The notes under the pieces were generated by a model that saw nothing but the letters and a program-made list of their open reading frames with translations, did no database searches and was not told where the DNA came from. A program made the position numbers and the translations under genes. A DNA stretch of 64,000 nt, taken from the NCBI GenBank assembly GCA_000708835.1, contig DF237116.1, forward strand, positions 99,117 through 163,116. The letters run 5' to 3'. This DNA comes from Klebsormidium nitens (taxonomy: Eukaryota > Plantae > Klebsormidiophyceae). Positions 1 through 12,800 of the stretch are shown one piece after another (position 1 is the stretch's first letter; each line of letters starts with the position of its first letter).

Positions 1-1136
1 GCAAGGGTCACTTGGTGGGTCAGCAAGTCCAGTCCTCTGGCCCCTCTCTATTGCAATTGGTACCTCTGAGCTGCTCCCTTGGTCACATGCTGCCTCGTTG
101 GCTCCTTGCGTGATTGCTGTACCACGACTGACTCAGTTGGTCGGTTCCCCCTCTCAATCAGTTACCATCAACTTGCGTGAGAAACAGTATTCAAGATGGG
201 AATCTGGTCGTCTGGAAGTGAGCTTAGAGCGCTTTTAGGTGCCATATCAGCTGCGCTTTTGCCCTCATATTTGCAGCACAAAGAAGCTGAATATACAGGT
301 ATAGTGCTTGTGGTAGTAACCTCCTCACGGTAGCTCGTTTGAATAGACAATGAAAATGAACTTGGTCCTGTTCCAAGTAGCGGCCTCCTTCATTTGCTTG
401 ATGTTGGGTTGCTGTCTTGCTCATCTTGTTTCCCAGCGCGAAGTTTCCCAGCTAAAGGAAAGTCAATAGAGCTCTCAGCTTTTCTTGGTTAGCTACACTG
501 CTGCTTATACAGACATTTCCTGCATGTTTCAGTGATTATTCACTGGTCAGAATGAATTGTGAGCTTCGGAGTGGGGTTTGTATTCCCCATTGGCCAATGT
601 TGACCTAGATGGAAATTGTCATTTTTTCCCAGGCCCCCCTTCACTAAGTTGAAGCTGCCGTCATGGATTGAAGGGCTGTTTGTGAGACACTTGAGAATTT
701 CAACAAAGAAAGCACCAGGGATATTTCCATTTCAATTTCCGTGGCAGAGTGCCCCAAGCTAAGAACAACAGCACTTTTGTAAGGAGAAGTTTGCTTACAG
801 CTTTCGCTTGCGTAGGTGTGTTCAGCTTGAGTTCCGTCAGTCCCAATCTATACGACAACCTTTGCCAAGTGCCCTTCACCTAAAACATTGTGCAAGGCTT
901 CTGTCATCTTTACTTGGAATACAACATCCTAAGGCTCATCAATCTTTTCTGTTTCAACGCAGTGTGCCACTTCATAGACTTCATTCAATGAGCAAGTGTG
1001 GACAGATTATTTGCAACAAAAGTAGATGAAGTTTGAGCAGTCTGGGATTGATGTTCGCATGCAGATTAAGAGGTTTGCAGTAGATAAGGGCGTTTGTGAA
1101 GACTCTGAGCTGATAAGGATTCATTTCTGCCTGCAG

Positions 1137-4100
1137 TTAACAACGTGTACAGTAAAGGAGGACGCCGACGGCAGATCACGCGGCTATGGCTTTGTCAATT
1201 TTGAAGACCCTGCGCTCGTCGATCAAGTGATGGCACAGCAAGAGCATGTTATAGATGGTAGGAAGGTGAGACAACGTTGGTTGGGGCTTCAAACACTCTT
1301 TCTAAGGTTCCAAGAGTAGAACTAGGTTGTGCCCCTTCTGGGCAGTGTATGTTGGAACAGAGTGGTTTGTAAGCAGGGCGAGATTGCCCACACGACTTTA
1401 TAGCACTAACATTTGCTCAATTAGGGTTTTAGTTTTCCAGCATTCCAGGCTTTCTTTTGTTTCGTGTTGGTCTGCGCCAAAGTGACTGGTAACGAATTGT
1501 GGGAGCGAGCGGTGTAGCAAGAAAGTGCTCTATTGGTGCGGTTTCAACTTCAATTTGCAGCTCTTCAGCTTCAAAAGGTACAGCTTTGCTATTGTGAGAA
1601 GTTTAGTTAACTAAACCTTGCATTTGCACTATGGATTATCAATATTTGATTTATTCTCGAGCAAAGTGCCTAGTTCCCCCCACCTGAGACAGGGCAATCT
1701 TTGATTACGAGACTGTAGGGCCTTCTGGTTGAGTTGACGTGGTCAGTGTCTGCGGGTTTAGTCAGAGGTCAATTGAAAACCTCTCTTTTTGGTGCAGGTC
1801 GAATTGCGCCCACCTTTAGACAAGGAGGAGCGGCACGCAATAAAGAAGGTCTTCATCGGCATGGTGCCGGCCAATATGACGCCCGAGCTGCTTGAAGAGC
1901 ATTTTTCACAGTAAGAGCCCCGCATACCGCCTTTTTGAGAAGTCTGCAGTTACAAAGTCTTGCAGCTCAGACAGTAACAGCAACGTACTATTGAGCAGCA
2001 TATCATCTGTGTCATTACGCTGCAGGTTAGCTAAATAATAGCTGATGTTAGGCAGTGGCTATGGGTGTACTACAGGCTTGTATTAGCATTGCCCAAATCT
2101 ACCAGGAAGTAAGTAGTCATGGAGTGTTTCTGCTTCATGATTGACTACAAAAAAGGTAGCTACAGGTTATATGGACTAACAGACACTGGTTGCCTGGACG
2201 ATCTTTCTTCAGGGGGCTCTCCTGCTTGAACGTGGGGGCCTCTTTGTTTGTGTGGGAAAAGAAAGGAAAAAGTCGGTGTCTTTTGTAATGTAGAGGTGCA
2301 TCTTTATACTCTTGGGGGCGTCCAATCAACTTGTTTTCTTTCCCACGCTGCTTGTTCTTGCAATACCTATGGTCAGTGCCTGAGAGGAAGCTGCTTAGAT
2401 TGCTAAAGGTTGCAAAAGGGACACTCTACGCCACTGTTACCCGCCTAAGCCAAGCTCTTTCCATTGCAGGTTTGGTAAAGTGACTGACGTCTTTCTGCCA
2501 AAGCCCAATAGGGGATTTGCCTTTGTAACCTATGAGAAGGGCGAGGCAGCCAAGGCAGCCCTGAATGTGAGTCCTCTGCATAAGAACTCCTTTCAAGAGA
2601 TTGCTTTGTCTGTATCCTTTTTGGTTTCCATCTTGGGCTTCTCCTCAAGAGATAGCGAGGGTCGTCAGAAGTAGCAAGAACGCATAGACACTAATAGAAC
2701 ATGCGGTGTGAGTTGTAGTTGCTGCCTTGTTCTGCGAATCAAGTTTGGTGGATCAAAAGTGCTGGCCTAAAACCTAATCCAGCTTCGTGGCTAGCAACTA
2801 TGGTCAATGGTAGACGCAAGCACAGCACTCGTTTTTTGCACAGAAAGCTTTCAATTTTGTGGGTAAGAGTGGTTTAGAGTGGGGTGGTGAGACATGGTGC
2901 GGACAAACTGCATTCGTTTAGCTCGATTCGGGCAATTTGGAGTGTGATGAAGGAAAGGGGCTCTTCTTTTATCCAGCTTTGGAGTGCCTAGTTTCCAGAC
3001 TTCTACATCAGACAGGCGCACTCGTACAACTGTTTTGCCATTTCCAATTAGGTTGTGCATCTTCCATACTGACCCTTGACAATCATATCTTATCTGATTC
3101 CTATGTTTCGTTTCCTTCAGACTGCGGAGCATATGGTGGGGGGGCACAAACTCCAGGTGAAACTCCCCACCCCCAAGATGACGGCCGGCCCAGCGCAGCA
3201 GCTAAATCCGTTCCAAAAGGCGCAGATGCTACAGCAGACGCAGCAGATGCAGTTCGCACAGCAAGCAGCGACCTCACAGGGGTAAGGCGGCATCCCAACC
3301 ATTACACTTCGATTTGGAGTTTGGGCGGTATGAGTAGGCTTCCTCCGTTGTTGTCAAGCTTAGTAAACAACGACCCTAGGTTTTGCAGATTGCTTGAGGT
3401 GTGATGCTGTTGTGTTTTATGGATCCGATCTTCTCGAATTCTAGCAGGATTGAACTTTTTAAGTTTCGCCCCACAATAGATGCATAATGATCAGTGAGGG
3501 CCGGCTTACAATAACCTACCCAAACAAGTGAGTCTGTGAAAGGTTAGTCCGCATGTCCCCATCTCAAGTGCCCACCAAGCACCGCTGAGAAAATAAGTCT
3601 TCGTTCGCGGCATGCACACCTTGCTGGGTTTAAGTCCTTGGGCGTTCCAGCTATCCTATTCTCAGATTGTCAGTCTTTCCTCGGTCCATAACGTTGCAGG
3701 TCGTTCGCCATATTTGCGTGTTTTCACACGGCATATTTCTGCTGTCGATTGCAGGATGCAGTACAGCGGGGGAGGCCCTGCGCTGCTCAGCCCATACGCT
3801 ATGCAGGGCTACCTGGGGCCAGGAAGCTATCCTGCAGTGCCAGGAGCAAGGCCTACGTATGGAGGTTCGTGCAGTTCACCTCAAAGATGACTATGTTGAA
3901 CCATTATAATGCTCCGCGGAAGCAACATCGGGCGCGATCATGAGATTTATGTATAAAACGGTCGAACACAAGCGTGTTTGACCCTAGAACGAGTCCGGAG
4001 ATTGGTTCAGATCAAGTAACAACTTGGATGAGAAGTTTCGCCCTTGTTGATTGTAACACGCATGCGAGGCTTGAGATCAGATTGTTTTGCCATGAAGGCG

Positions 4101-7100
4101 GTATGTTACATCAGCACCCTTGGCTCTCTTTTGCTCATGTTCAAAACAACACTGGCGACTTCTCTAGTGGCAGCTTCGAAAGAGGTTTCCAAATGGCCGA
4201 GGCCACGCTGCTTAGTTGTTGTCAGCGAGTTTTCTTTCTTTTTGGCTTTAGAGACTGAGGGGAGCGTATCTGATCGTCCGATTTCATGCAAACGATTTTG
4301 TCGTTTCCTCACTGCTTCATCAGAGCGGTGGGTTGCAAAGGAACCAGGCAACTTTATCCCGACCTCAAACAGCCGAGTATTGGTAGAAAGACGTCGTTTT
4401 CAAGCATTTACCCGTCTGCTACAGCATCTGTCAAGGAAAACCAAGAGCTTTCTTCTTCTTCAGCATTCAAGACTGAGCCTTGTTCCTGTTTCCCTGCAGC
4501 GATGTACCCCGATCCGCAGCAGTACGCTGCGTACGGCCTTCTCCCCGATTTTGCCAACTTCCACATAGGACAGCCTCAGCAACCGGGGCACTCCACCGGG
4601 CAGCCGAGCCAGCCGATCCAGCAGCAAGGGGCTCAGCAACCGGGCTATCAACAGCAGTCGGGGCATCCTTCCGGGTTCCAGGGTGGCCAGGTGGATCACT
4701 CTGCAACTCAGCAGGTGAGAAGCTTTGCCCTCTTTGCAGAAAGGAGCAATTGAAGAATCAGCATCAAGTAAAGAAACACGACGCTGAAGCCTATGCTCGT
4801 CAGCTCCATTTCTTCTGGTGGATCGACCCGAGACCAGGAGCGTTATTCGAGTCTAGGTGACATGAGGTTTGTGCGATCATTCAACGAGCATCTGGGGAAA
4901 GATTATTTTGCTCGCAAGACGGGTCCGTATCCCCTGTTGCCCATGCAGTGCAGTCACTGAACGTTTGGCCAGCGCTTTTTGTCGCTGTTGGGATTCTGCG
5001 CACAGGTTCTGCCCAACAATCAGGTTTGTCGTGTCAAGAATGGGTGCATCAAACAATTCATGATTATAACTTCAAGAGCTCCAGTTGGATTGATGCTCAC
5101 TGTGCACTTGAACTTGAATTTCTTGTTGCATTTGCTATCGTAATCCTTGTCACAAACAACCGCCCTCGACTGAAAATTGTCTGGGATCCTCAAGAAAGAT
5201 CGCGTCTGGCCTTAAGGTAAACACGAACAGACTCCTTTGACAGTTGGAAAGAGGCAATTGAGAAGCGAAAAGATGGATTAAGCTAACAATTTGGCAGATG
5301 GCCGCGCCCGGCGGCGGCCTTGTGCCCGGTAGGACCCAACCGGGCACCCAAGAGCACAGCGACGAAGTGTCCAATATCAGCCGCCCGCCTTCCGATTTAC
5401 CAACAAACGTGTCCTTCAATTCTTTTTCGACTTGCCTGTGCAATATATATCCGATATAAGTGCTCGCCCTCGCCTGCAGATGGCCATTCCGGGCGGAGGC
5501 CTAGTGCCCGGTAGGACCCAACCGGGCACCCAAGAGCACAGCGACGAACTGTCCAACGGCAGCCACCAGGGGCTCCCATCTTCCACCGACTTTGCAACAT
5601 ACACCGGGGTGCAGCCGAGCGAGGGGAGCTCGCCACCTGGCGGGGCCCAGAGCGCGCCACCTGGCATGGTTCCGGTTCCAGGAGGCATGTATTACGAGGG
5701 GCAGCAACCTATGGGCTCAGGCGGGAGTGTGCTCCAGTCGCCCGTGCAGGGGGGAGTGATGCCCCAGGAGTATTTTATGCCCGGTGAGTGCATTCTGGAT
5801 CTGTTACCCCGCATGTGTCCGAGGCTGAAGGTGCATGTATTGGTGGTGTATTTGGGTTTATGTAGTCCTGGTTTCGGTTCGCTGATAGGTAGGTACGAAG
5901 ATACTTACTCCATGGTTGAGATTCTTCAGTCCGTTCCCTTATAAGCAGTCTAGCGAGTCCATTGATGTTCCTTCCAAGCTATGGGCCAAGTCCGCTGTTC
6001 GTTGTTTCTCAGGGGTTTCTGCCCAATCTCGTTTCCTTGGCAGTAGGAATAGGATGCTGTTCTTTTCCCTCCCAGGACTCGAAGAGCTCCGTTTCAGTTC
6101 TGTTGCAAACGACCTGAAGCGATCATTTACATATCTGCGTAAGCAACCATTTGATTGTCCTATTTTCGACCAGCTCAAATCATATGCAGACTCCGATCAT
6201 CTCCCTGTCAGCTTTTGTCTCGTTTGAATTGGCCCGCCTGTCAGCCCCTGGTGTTTGATGTCCTTCTCCCAAGAAACGTCTCAAAGTTGTCTTCCTTAGT
6301 CTATGCATCCTGAGCATTTTTCTTTGGTATCCTCCCAGGCATGCTCCCATACGGGTATGGCTCGATGGGGTCGTATAGCCCGTACGGATACCAGCCAGCC
6401 TACAGAGGCGCCCGCCTTTTGAACACGACGCAACTGTTCATCACCAATCTTCCGTACAGCGCAACCTGGCAGGTAAGGTGTCTTTCGGCAACTGAGATTG
6501 GGGGTTTTGGGTTACAAGAATCGGTAGATCTCGTTGATTGAGGCATCTGAATACGAAACGGGGGTGCGTAGGAGCCTTGGTTCCGAACCCCCTGGAGTGG
6601 GTACCTGAGAAGCCAGCCCTGTTTTCTTTCTGTCGACCTTTTGAGTCCCGTTCAGAAGCTCAACTGTTTCCAAGCAGTACGGGCCCCCGGGCAAGCGTTA
6701 TCCTGGAAGTGAGTACGCTCCCTAAAGTGGGCGTAGGCCGTCACACTGACGGCATCGCCGGAGCGTGACGGCGACAGAAAAAAGTCAACGTACACACTCC
6801 GAGAAAATCAATTTGGCGGTTTGTACCGTCCGATCGAAATTCGACTCGCGAGCCCTACGCCCACTTTAAGGGCGTTAAATTGACCTGACCTTCCCTAATT
6901 CAGACGTTGATTCGAATTCGCATTTCGTTGCAGGAGCTCAAGGACTTCTTTAAGCAGTACGGTCACGTCCACCGGGCAGAGATCATCCTGGACGAGAGCG
7001 GCAACTCCAAGGGCCGTGGCACCGTGCGCTTCTCCAACAACTACGAGGCGACTCACGCGGTGAGCACGAATTTGATTCGCTTGTTAGATCTAGTCGCTCG

Positions 7101-7809
7101 TGTTGAGTCCTTCGAAGTAGCTTGGTGAGTCTGGGCGATTGTTGTAGATTGTCCTTGCCCACATAAGCTGTTCGTGCTTGTGGGCATCTTGATGCATCCT
7201 TTGATTTATTCAAGGTGCGATCGTCAGAAAGCGCTTGAGCGTGCGCATGGCTTGGTTCGATCACCTGTGTATTATTAGCACATGCCGCAGTTTGTCCGAG
7301 TCGGTTTTGGTCGTTGACTAACTCCGTCGATCAGCTAGGTCAAGATTGTCGCTGCCGCGTTTTGGTTCATTTTCGATGCATTGAAGTGCACCTGCTGTTC
7401 GAAAGTTCGCAAATTGATATCTCGGGATACCTGCAGTGGAATTCGGCTGACTTCGTCGCTGCTGTTCATTCAGCGTTCTCCAAGTCGTGTGTGTTGACAC
7501 TTCGCATCTTACAAAGCTACCACGATGAACACAGTCGTACTTCTATAATAATTTTGCGTATCGTGGGTTTACGCCTTGTTAGAAAGGCTGCAAACACAAC
7601 ATTCCTCGTTTCTTACTTCTTGGGATGGTAACGGAAGGGTAGACGAGCGAGCCTTGGCAGGCACGGTGGTCTTGGAAAAAGGAGTTTCCTCGCAATTTCT
7701 TACAACGAGTGTGATTTTCCTGCAGATGATGTACGCCCAGAACGCTCTTTTCAAGGGCAGGCCCCTGAGTGTACGAGAAGACCGGCAACTGGGCTCCGGT
7801 GTATCCTAA
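1137..7809 (+). CDS. RNA-binding protein with three RRMs (two N-terminal Musashi/hnRNP A1-like, a Q/P/G/Y low-complexity middle, one C-terminal RRM); 5' exon(s) not found in window
   Basis: Phase-consistent exons with AG/GT boundaries: 1137-1265, 1798-1910, 2470-2566, 3121-3281, 3755-3864, 4500-4714, 5480-5783, 6339-6472, 6934-7059, 7726-7809 (TAA). RNP motifs: GRSRGYGFVNF, KKVFIG, NRGFAFVTY, QLFITNLPY..W|QELKDFF, SKGRGTVRF, GRPLSVREDR. Confidence 0.88.
5293..5560 (+). repeat. Acceptor + exon-start echo of RRM exon 5480 (copy at 5298)
   Basis: GGCAG|ATGGCCGCGCCCGGCGGCGGCCTTGTGCCCGGTAGG... at 5298 versus CTGCAG|ATGGCCATTCCGGGCGGAGGCCTAGTGCCCGGTAGG... at 5480. Spacing is 182 nt, and the echo frame hits TAA before the real acceptor. 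Confidence 0.95.
6651..7000 (+). repeat. Degenerate acceptor + exon-start echo of RRM exon 6934 (copy at 6656)
   Basis: TTCAG|AAGCTCAACTGTTTCCAAGCAGTACGGGCCCCCGGGCAAGCGTTATCCTGGA versus TGCAG|GAGCTCAAGGACTTCTTTAAGCAGTACGGTCACGTCCACCGGGCAGAGATCATCCTGGA. Spacing is 278 nt. Confidence 0.8.
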
Positions 7810-8909
7810 TATCTCAATTGAAGTTTTGTACTATGTACAATGTTCGAATGATAGATAGCCACATTTCGGTTCTTGAGGAGACTTCAAATTAAGCAGCCTT
7901 TAGAAATATGAAAGGTCGAAAGTCGAGCTGTTAAGGATAGGGCAGGTCGGTCGCACGAGAAAACCCAACAAAAGGATAACATACGCGACGCCACAGAGAT
8001 ATTCTGTACAGACAGACAGCATTGGAGAAGACGTAGGATACGAGGCACTAGCTGTAGCTCAGCTTTGGCAGACTAAAGCTTATGGGCCTTTCCGCCCCCC
8101 ACGAGATCAGGGATGTACAAAAGCGGGTGCGGCAGTGCCACCCTCTTGCAGAGGTACAATTCATTGGACAACTAGACCTTGTATCATGATACTCGATTGG
8201 GAATATCTTAGTTTCTCCTTGTTGTAAAGCTTTTATTTTGGTTTTCGACAGCTCATTTGCTAAACGTGTAACCAATCCTTTTTAAAAGGTCGCATGGCAT
8301 GAACCGGGGCGGTTCGCGATTGTTGATTACTTTTGTGTGCAGTGAGCTTGGTTATGCATGCAGCAGGCCGGTTTTGTACTTTATCAGGCTGCCGCGTATG
8401 CCTCCGATTGCTCATGCAGCTCCATTCGTTCATGCAACCCAATTATTCGCTAAAATAAGCATATACGTTCACTATACACAGTCGACACCATGCAGGCAAG
8501 TTCTTTCCGAAGTTCATCTCCGGCATGAACCCCGAAAGTACCGTCCTTTGGCATGGCATGGGTTATAGCATGGCCGTCGGCGAGCTAGGCGCATGGCTAG
8601 GGCGCACCGTTACGCGACTTATGATTGGACAACTTGTCTTGGAGCGCGTTTCAAATTGCTCAGCATTAGCAGGAGCTCCATGTCAAGTGTCCAGTAAATT
8701 TTGGGTACGTAGCAACTTTTATTACTTTGCTTACGCACTGAGTGCGCGCATGCATGTGTTTTAGATACCGTCGACCATGTCTGACCCTTTGACAAACTTG
8801 GCCGTTGGAGACATGAGTCCAGCTCACTATCACGTACATGACCTAGACCGTCCGATTGGACCGTACTTTCCTCGATCGACGGCCGCTAACTGAACTTGCC
8901 ACCAAGGCC

Positions 8910-8941
8910 CTAGCTGGCCCTTTGAACTTAGGGCCAGCTAG
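8910..8941. repeat. Perfect 12-bp inverted repeat (hairpin) in palindrome-rich intergenic DNA
   Basis: CTAGCTGGCCCT-ttgaactt-AGGGCCAGCTAG. Confidence 0.85.
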
Positions 8942-9848
8942 CCTGGATCGAGCTCGTCCTTCGACCATCGTGGCCAGGCCATGCAGCTATAGCGCGGCTG
9001 CGCCATATTGCGGCATGCGCTAATTCACACATGAAATCAAATCATTGTGCATTCAATACCATCCACCACATGCTCCATGCATATGCATCTTTAATTGATC
9101 TTATGTACCAGGCTATACGTACTGAGCTAGCCTTGATGGCATGGCACGCCTACGCGGCGGCAAGACAGAATCTGGGTTCGTGACATACTATACGGGCTGC
9201 AATCAGAGCATGACATGTGCTTATCAAATGCAGGTACAGTCGTAATTAGATCGTAGGCCGCGCTGCGCATGTGTGAGTACTAGTCCCTCAATTTACCATA
9301 TAGTCGCATGCACAGATCGGATTGACAGCTTCAAGCCCATTATCGAAGCTGGTGCGGTGGAGGCGCTGTCCGATCTTTCGGTGCAATCATAACACTTAGT
9401 GCATCCGGCCTTAACGTCACAACAGACCGCGGCCACCCACTCCCAAGCGTGAGTGACCGGCTCCTAGCATGGGCCTCTCGCCAGCAGACTTCCACCAGGC
9501 TACCGTCAGACTCATCGTACAGTCGGTCTGTTGGGCTGCCGGTTGCACTGAATTTGATTCAGGTACTCGTTGGTCATGCTCCGGTCAGTGTGGACCCTCG
9601 AATGCATGCATGCGATGCAGGCCAGTGCGACCCGACCGGCTGGGGGTTCGGCCGCGCTCGGAGATGGATATTGCGAAACCATGATAAACCGCTAGATTCG
9701 CGGCACTTGTCCCAGCGTGTAGCCACTAGACTTGTGCCAACTTCACATCTCATACCTCAGAGACCGACTTCCGATTAGAGAACGATAATCCTTACATCCC
9801 CTCGTTCGGTTGGACTTGAATCCCTTTAGTCGGACAACCTCCCGAAGA

Positions 9849-12800
9849 CTATCCGTTCAACTCGTCGATGATCACGACGTATGGATCGATGTCGGGCGCC
9901 GGAGCGGTCATTGGCGTAACCGCCGATAGGTCCTCGTCGGGCGGTGCAAAGAAGGTCGGGAAAGGGGTGACCTCTGTGTCCGGTTTCTTTCGGAGCGCGT
10001 CCCTGATGAACACGAAGTTGCCCTTGTGCCCCGGTACCTAGATTTGTCAAAAATTTCTTCATCATTCAATCCCTTTTTGAAACAACCAGAGAAAGACTTT
10101 TAAACATCACTCAGACAAGCAGAGTCAACGCGCTGGTTTGTAAGTTGGATCGATACATCATCAGTCCTGAGACCCCCCATACTAACTCGGCGAATCTGTA
10201 TTGGTGATCGAAAAGAGGGTTGAGGGAGTCGCTCGCTCCACGCAAGGATTAGAAAATCGGTAAATTGTTATGCTTGTCACTCAGTATGCACCTTCGAGAG
10301 TCCCGGGTTGAGATGCGGCAGACCGGCAGGACGTACTTAAACCTTGAAGCCTATGACAAAATTCGAACTTGAAGTATTTTCTGAATGGAGGTGATCTGAC
10401 AACTCAGATACGTCGTCTGTCATGGCGAGTGAAGCTTGTGGTTCACTGACGCCTTCAAACCTTTATGCTTGTTTACGAGAGGGAGAGAATCGCAAAGGAG
10501 TGTGATGTAGAACCTTCATCTCAGAAACGCAACGCTACACCTCGCAAAGGGCTGAAATCTTGAAGAGAGTTTGACGACCAAACGTTCGACTCTTCGACAC
10601 AAGAAAGATTCCAGACAACAATCAGGGACCGACGACCGGAACTGCCCTCAAAGTCTGGCCATCTGAGGGATGATCGAGAATTTCAACACATATACACGGA
10701 ACTCAGCCAACAACCTTTTACTACCAATAGTGACTGACTCCGCCAACTCAGCAAACACTCAAAAGACTTTGCGCCACCATTTTAATTGTGAGGCAAGCCG
10801 ACTTATTTTTCCGGGGGGCAGAGATGACGCTGCATACCTGCCCCCTGACGTAGATGAGATCCCTGGCCGGGTCGACTTTGTAGATCCAGACGGACTGCAC
10901 CGTGCGCGTCTCATTGCCCATCTGCCCCGCCATCTTCTTGTTTTTGAACACTTTTCCGGGGTCCTGGAAACGAAAAACAGGTTTTATATCGTGACCCAAA
11001 CCTTATCAGACTTCTGTGCAACTTGTTCTTGAACACCTTTCCGGGGTCTGAAAACAAAAAAACAGGTTCAACATCGTGACCCAAACCTTATCGGACTTCT
11101 GTGCAGAACCAGGGTTCAGGGCATGGTTGCATCAAAGGGTTTTGAAACTGAAGCCCAGTCTGCGCGCCCGTCGAATCACTTCAGTGTTGAAAACTGCGAG
11201 GACTTTTCCGCCGACGTTCTTGCAGTGAGGAGACTGAGAGTGCCTTCAGCATCTTGCCGCCAAGTAAGAGATCGCTTCTGGGGTTTAGAAGGACGCAAAC
11301 CTTGTTACACGGAGCGTCATGTCCCTCTTAAAGATTGTTTCAAAAATCAGCACCAACCCTTCCATCCCCACGAATGGAAGTGGTCTGAACTCGCGCTTCA
11401 GACCTTGGTACCAGAACACGGCAGAACACGCGTCTATGTACGTTTTCATCCGACTCTGTTTCCGTGAATGCTCAAACCCAAACCTCCCTTCAGAGGAGGA
11501 GCGGCGTCTCACCTGCCTCCATTCCTTTCTGCTCTCATGACAATGAAGCGGGAAGCTATACTAAACCAAGCTGAAGCGAATTAGACAAAACCAGAACTTC
11601 GATCTTCTCCCGAACATCAAGCGCATCTCACCTGTCTCCCTCCCGTGGAACCCTGAGACCGGTGAGACTTCGAAGCACCGTGCGACGCGTTGCCCCCCTT
11701 GAAACCGTGCCGTTTCATGACCCCCTGAAAGAGGTCAAACGGCGGTCAGACACTGCGGGATGTTCTTTCTTTCACGTAATGAGCGACGAACATTGCACAA
11801 GGAGGATACTCTTCGCAGTGATGTGACTTAGGGCATGCATGTCGGTCCTGCCTTTTGGTAGGAAGCAAGAATGCTTACGCCATACCTCCACAAGCAGAAA
11901 TTACTCTGGTAAGATTAGATGCTAGCGAAAGGGAGATTGCCAGGTCCAGGACTCGATCTCACAGGCGTGGGGGCACTACCCACTGGCTGAAGTTCGAGCG
12001 TCAATTCACGAACGAACGGCCTCAAATTATACCCAGCTTGGCTTCAAAGCCTCCGAAGATGAGTTACAAGGAGGGAAGAAAAGGGTACGTACCTGGAAAC
12101 CCTTTCCGATCGTGGTACCCTGGATGTCGACATACTGGCCCGCCACGAAGTGCCGAGCGTGCAGTTCCGTTCCGATCTGCAAACACGGGAACGCGCTGTG
12201 GTTAGCAGAGGGTTACGGATGGGTTCAGAATAACCCATTCCAGCGCTGTGCAGGTCAGTTTTGCGAGCAAGGGCAGGAAACCTGCTTTTGTAAACACGTG
12301 ACCGGTATTCGCAACAGCTCCGCTCACGAGAAAACCGTTTGGTAGGGTTTGATATATTTGAGGAGTCAAGTCACAGAATGGTTGGACCGCGTTTGAGAAA
12401 TTTGCTCAAAGGGACTGATGTGTCACAGCGCTTTGAGCAGCTGAGTCACCCTCTGGAAGGGCGACCGTGCAAGAACAAGGCTATCTTTCTGGTCGCCAAT
12501 GAAACGCACCTGATCTAAAACGCACGCCAAAGTCCAACCTCTGTGAGCAGATGCTAACACACAAGAGCGGGTGCAATCAATGACTAGCTGCCAAAATGAA
12601 CAAAATAGTGAGCGCGATCGGGAACAAATCAAACGGTGCAGGTAATCCTAGAAATCTAAAACCACCCAGTGGGGTCTTTTGTCCCAAGACCTTGGTGAGA
12701 GGACATAGAAATCCTGCTGGCAGAGCGCTTTACTCAACAACCGTCCAACACCTCCGCAAACTCCGCTTCACTCCATGATATGCCACGGAACAACAACCCA

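Noticed and set aside
2890-4450. Faint possible echoes of RRM exons (near 2891, 3612, 4348, 4423; also 1064)
   Set aside because: Similarity is too short or weak to separate from chance by eye. They were excluded from counts but are worth rechecking computationally.
11225-12520. Faint possible echoes of uL3m exons 4 and 5 (near 11225-11335, 11506-11520, 12450-12520)
   Set aside because: Only patches of 14-20 nt match, which cannot be supported without an alignment statistic.
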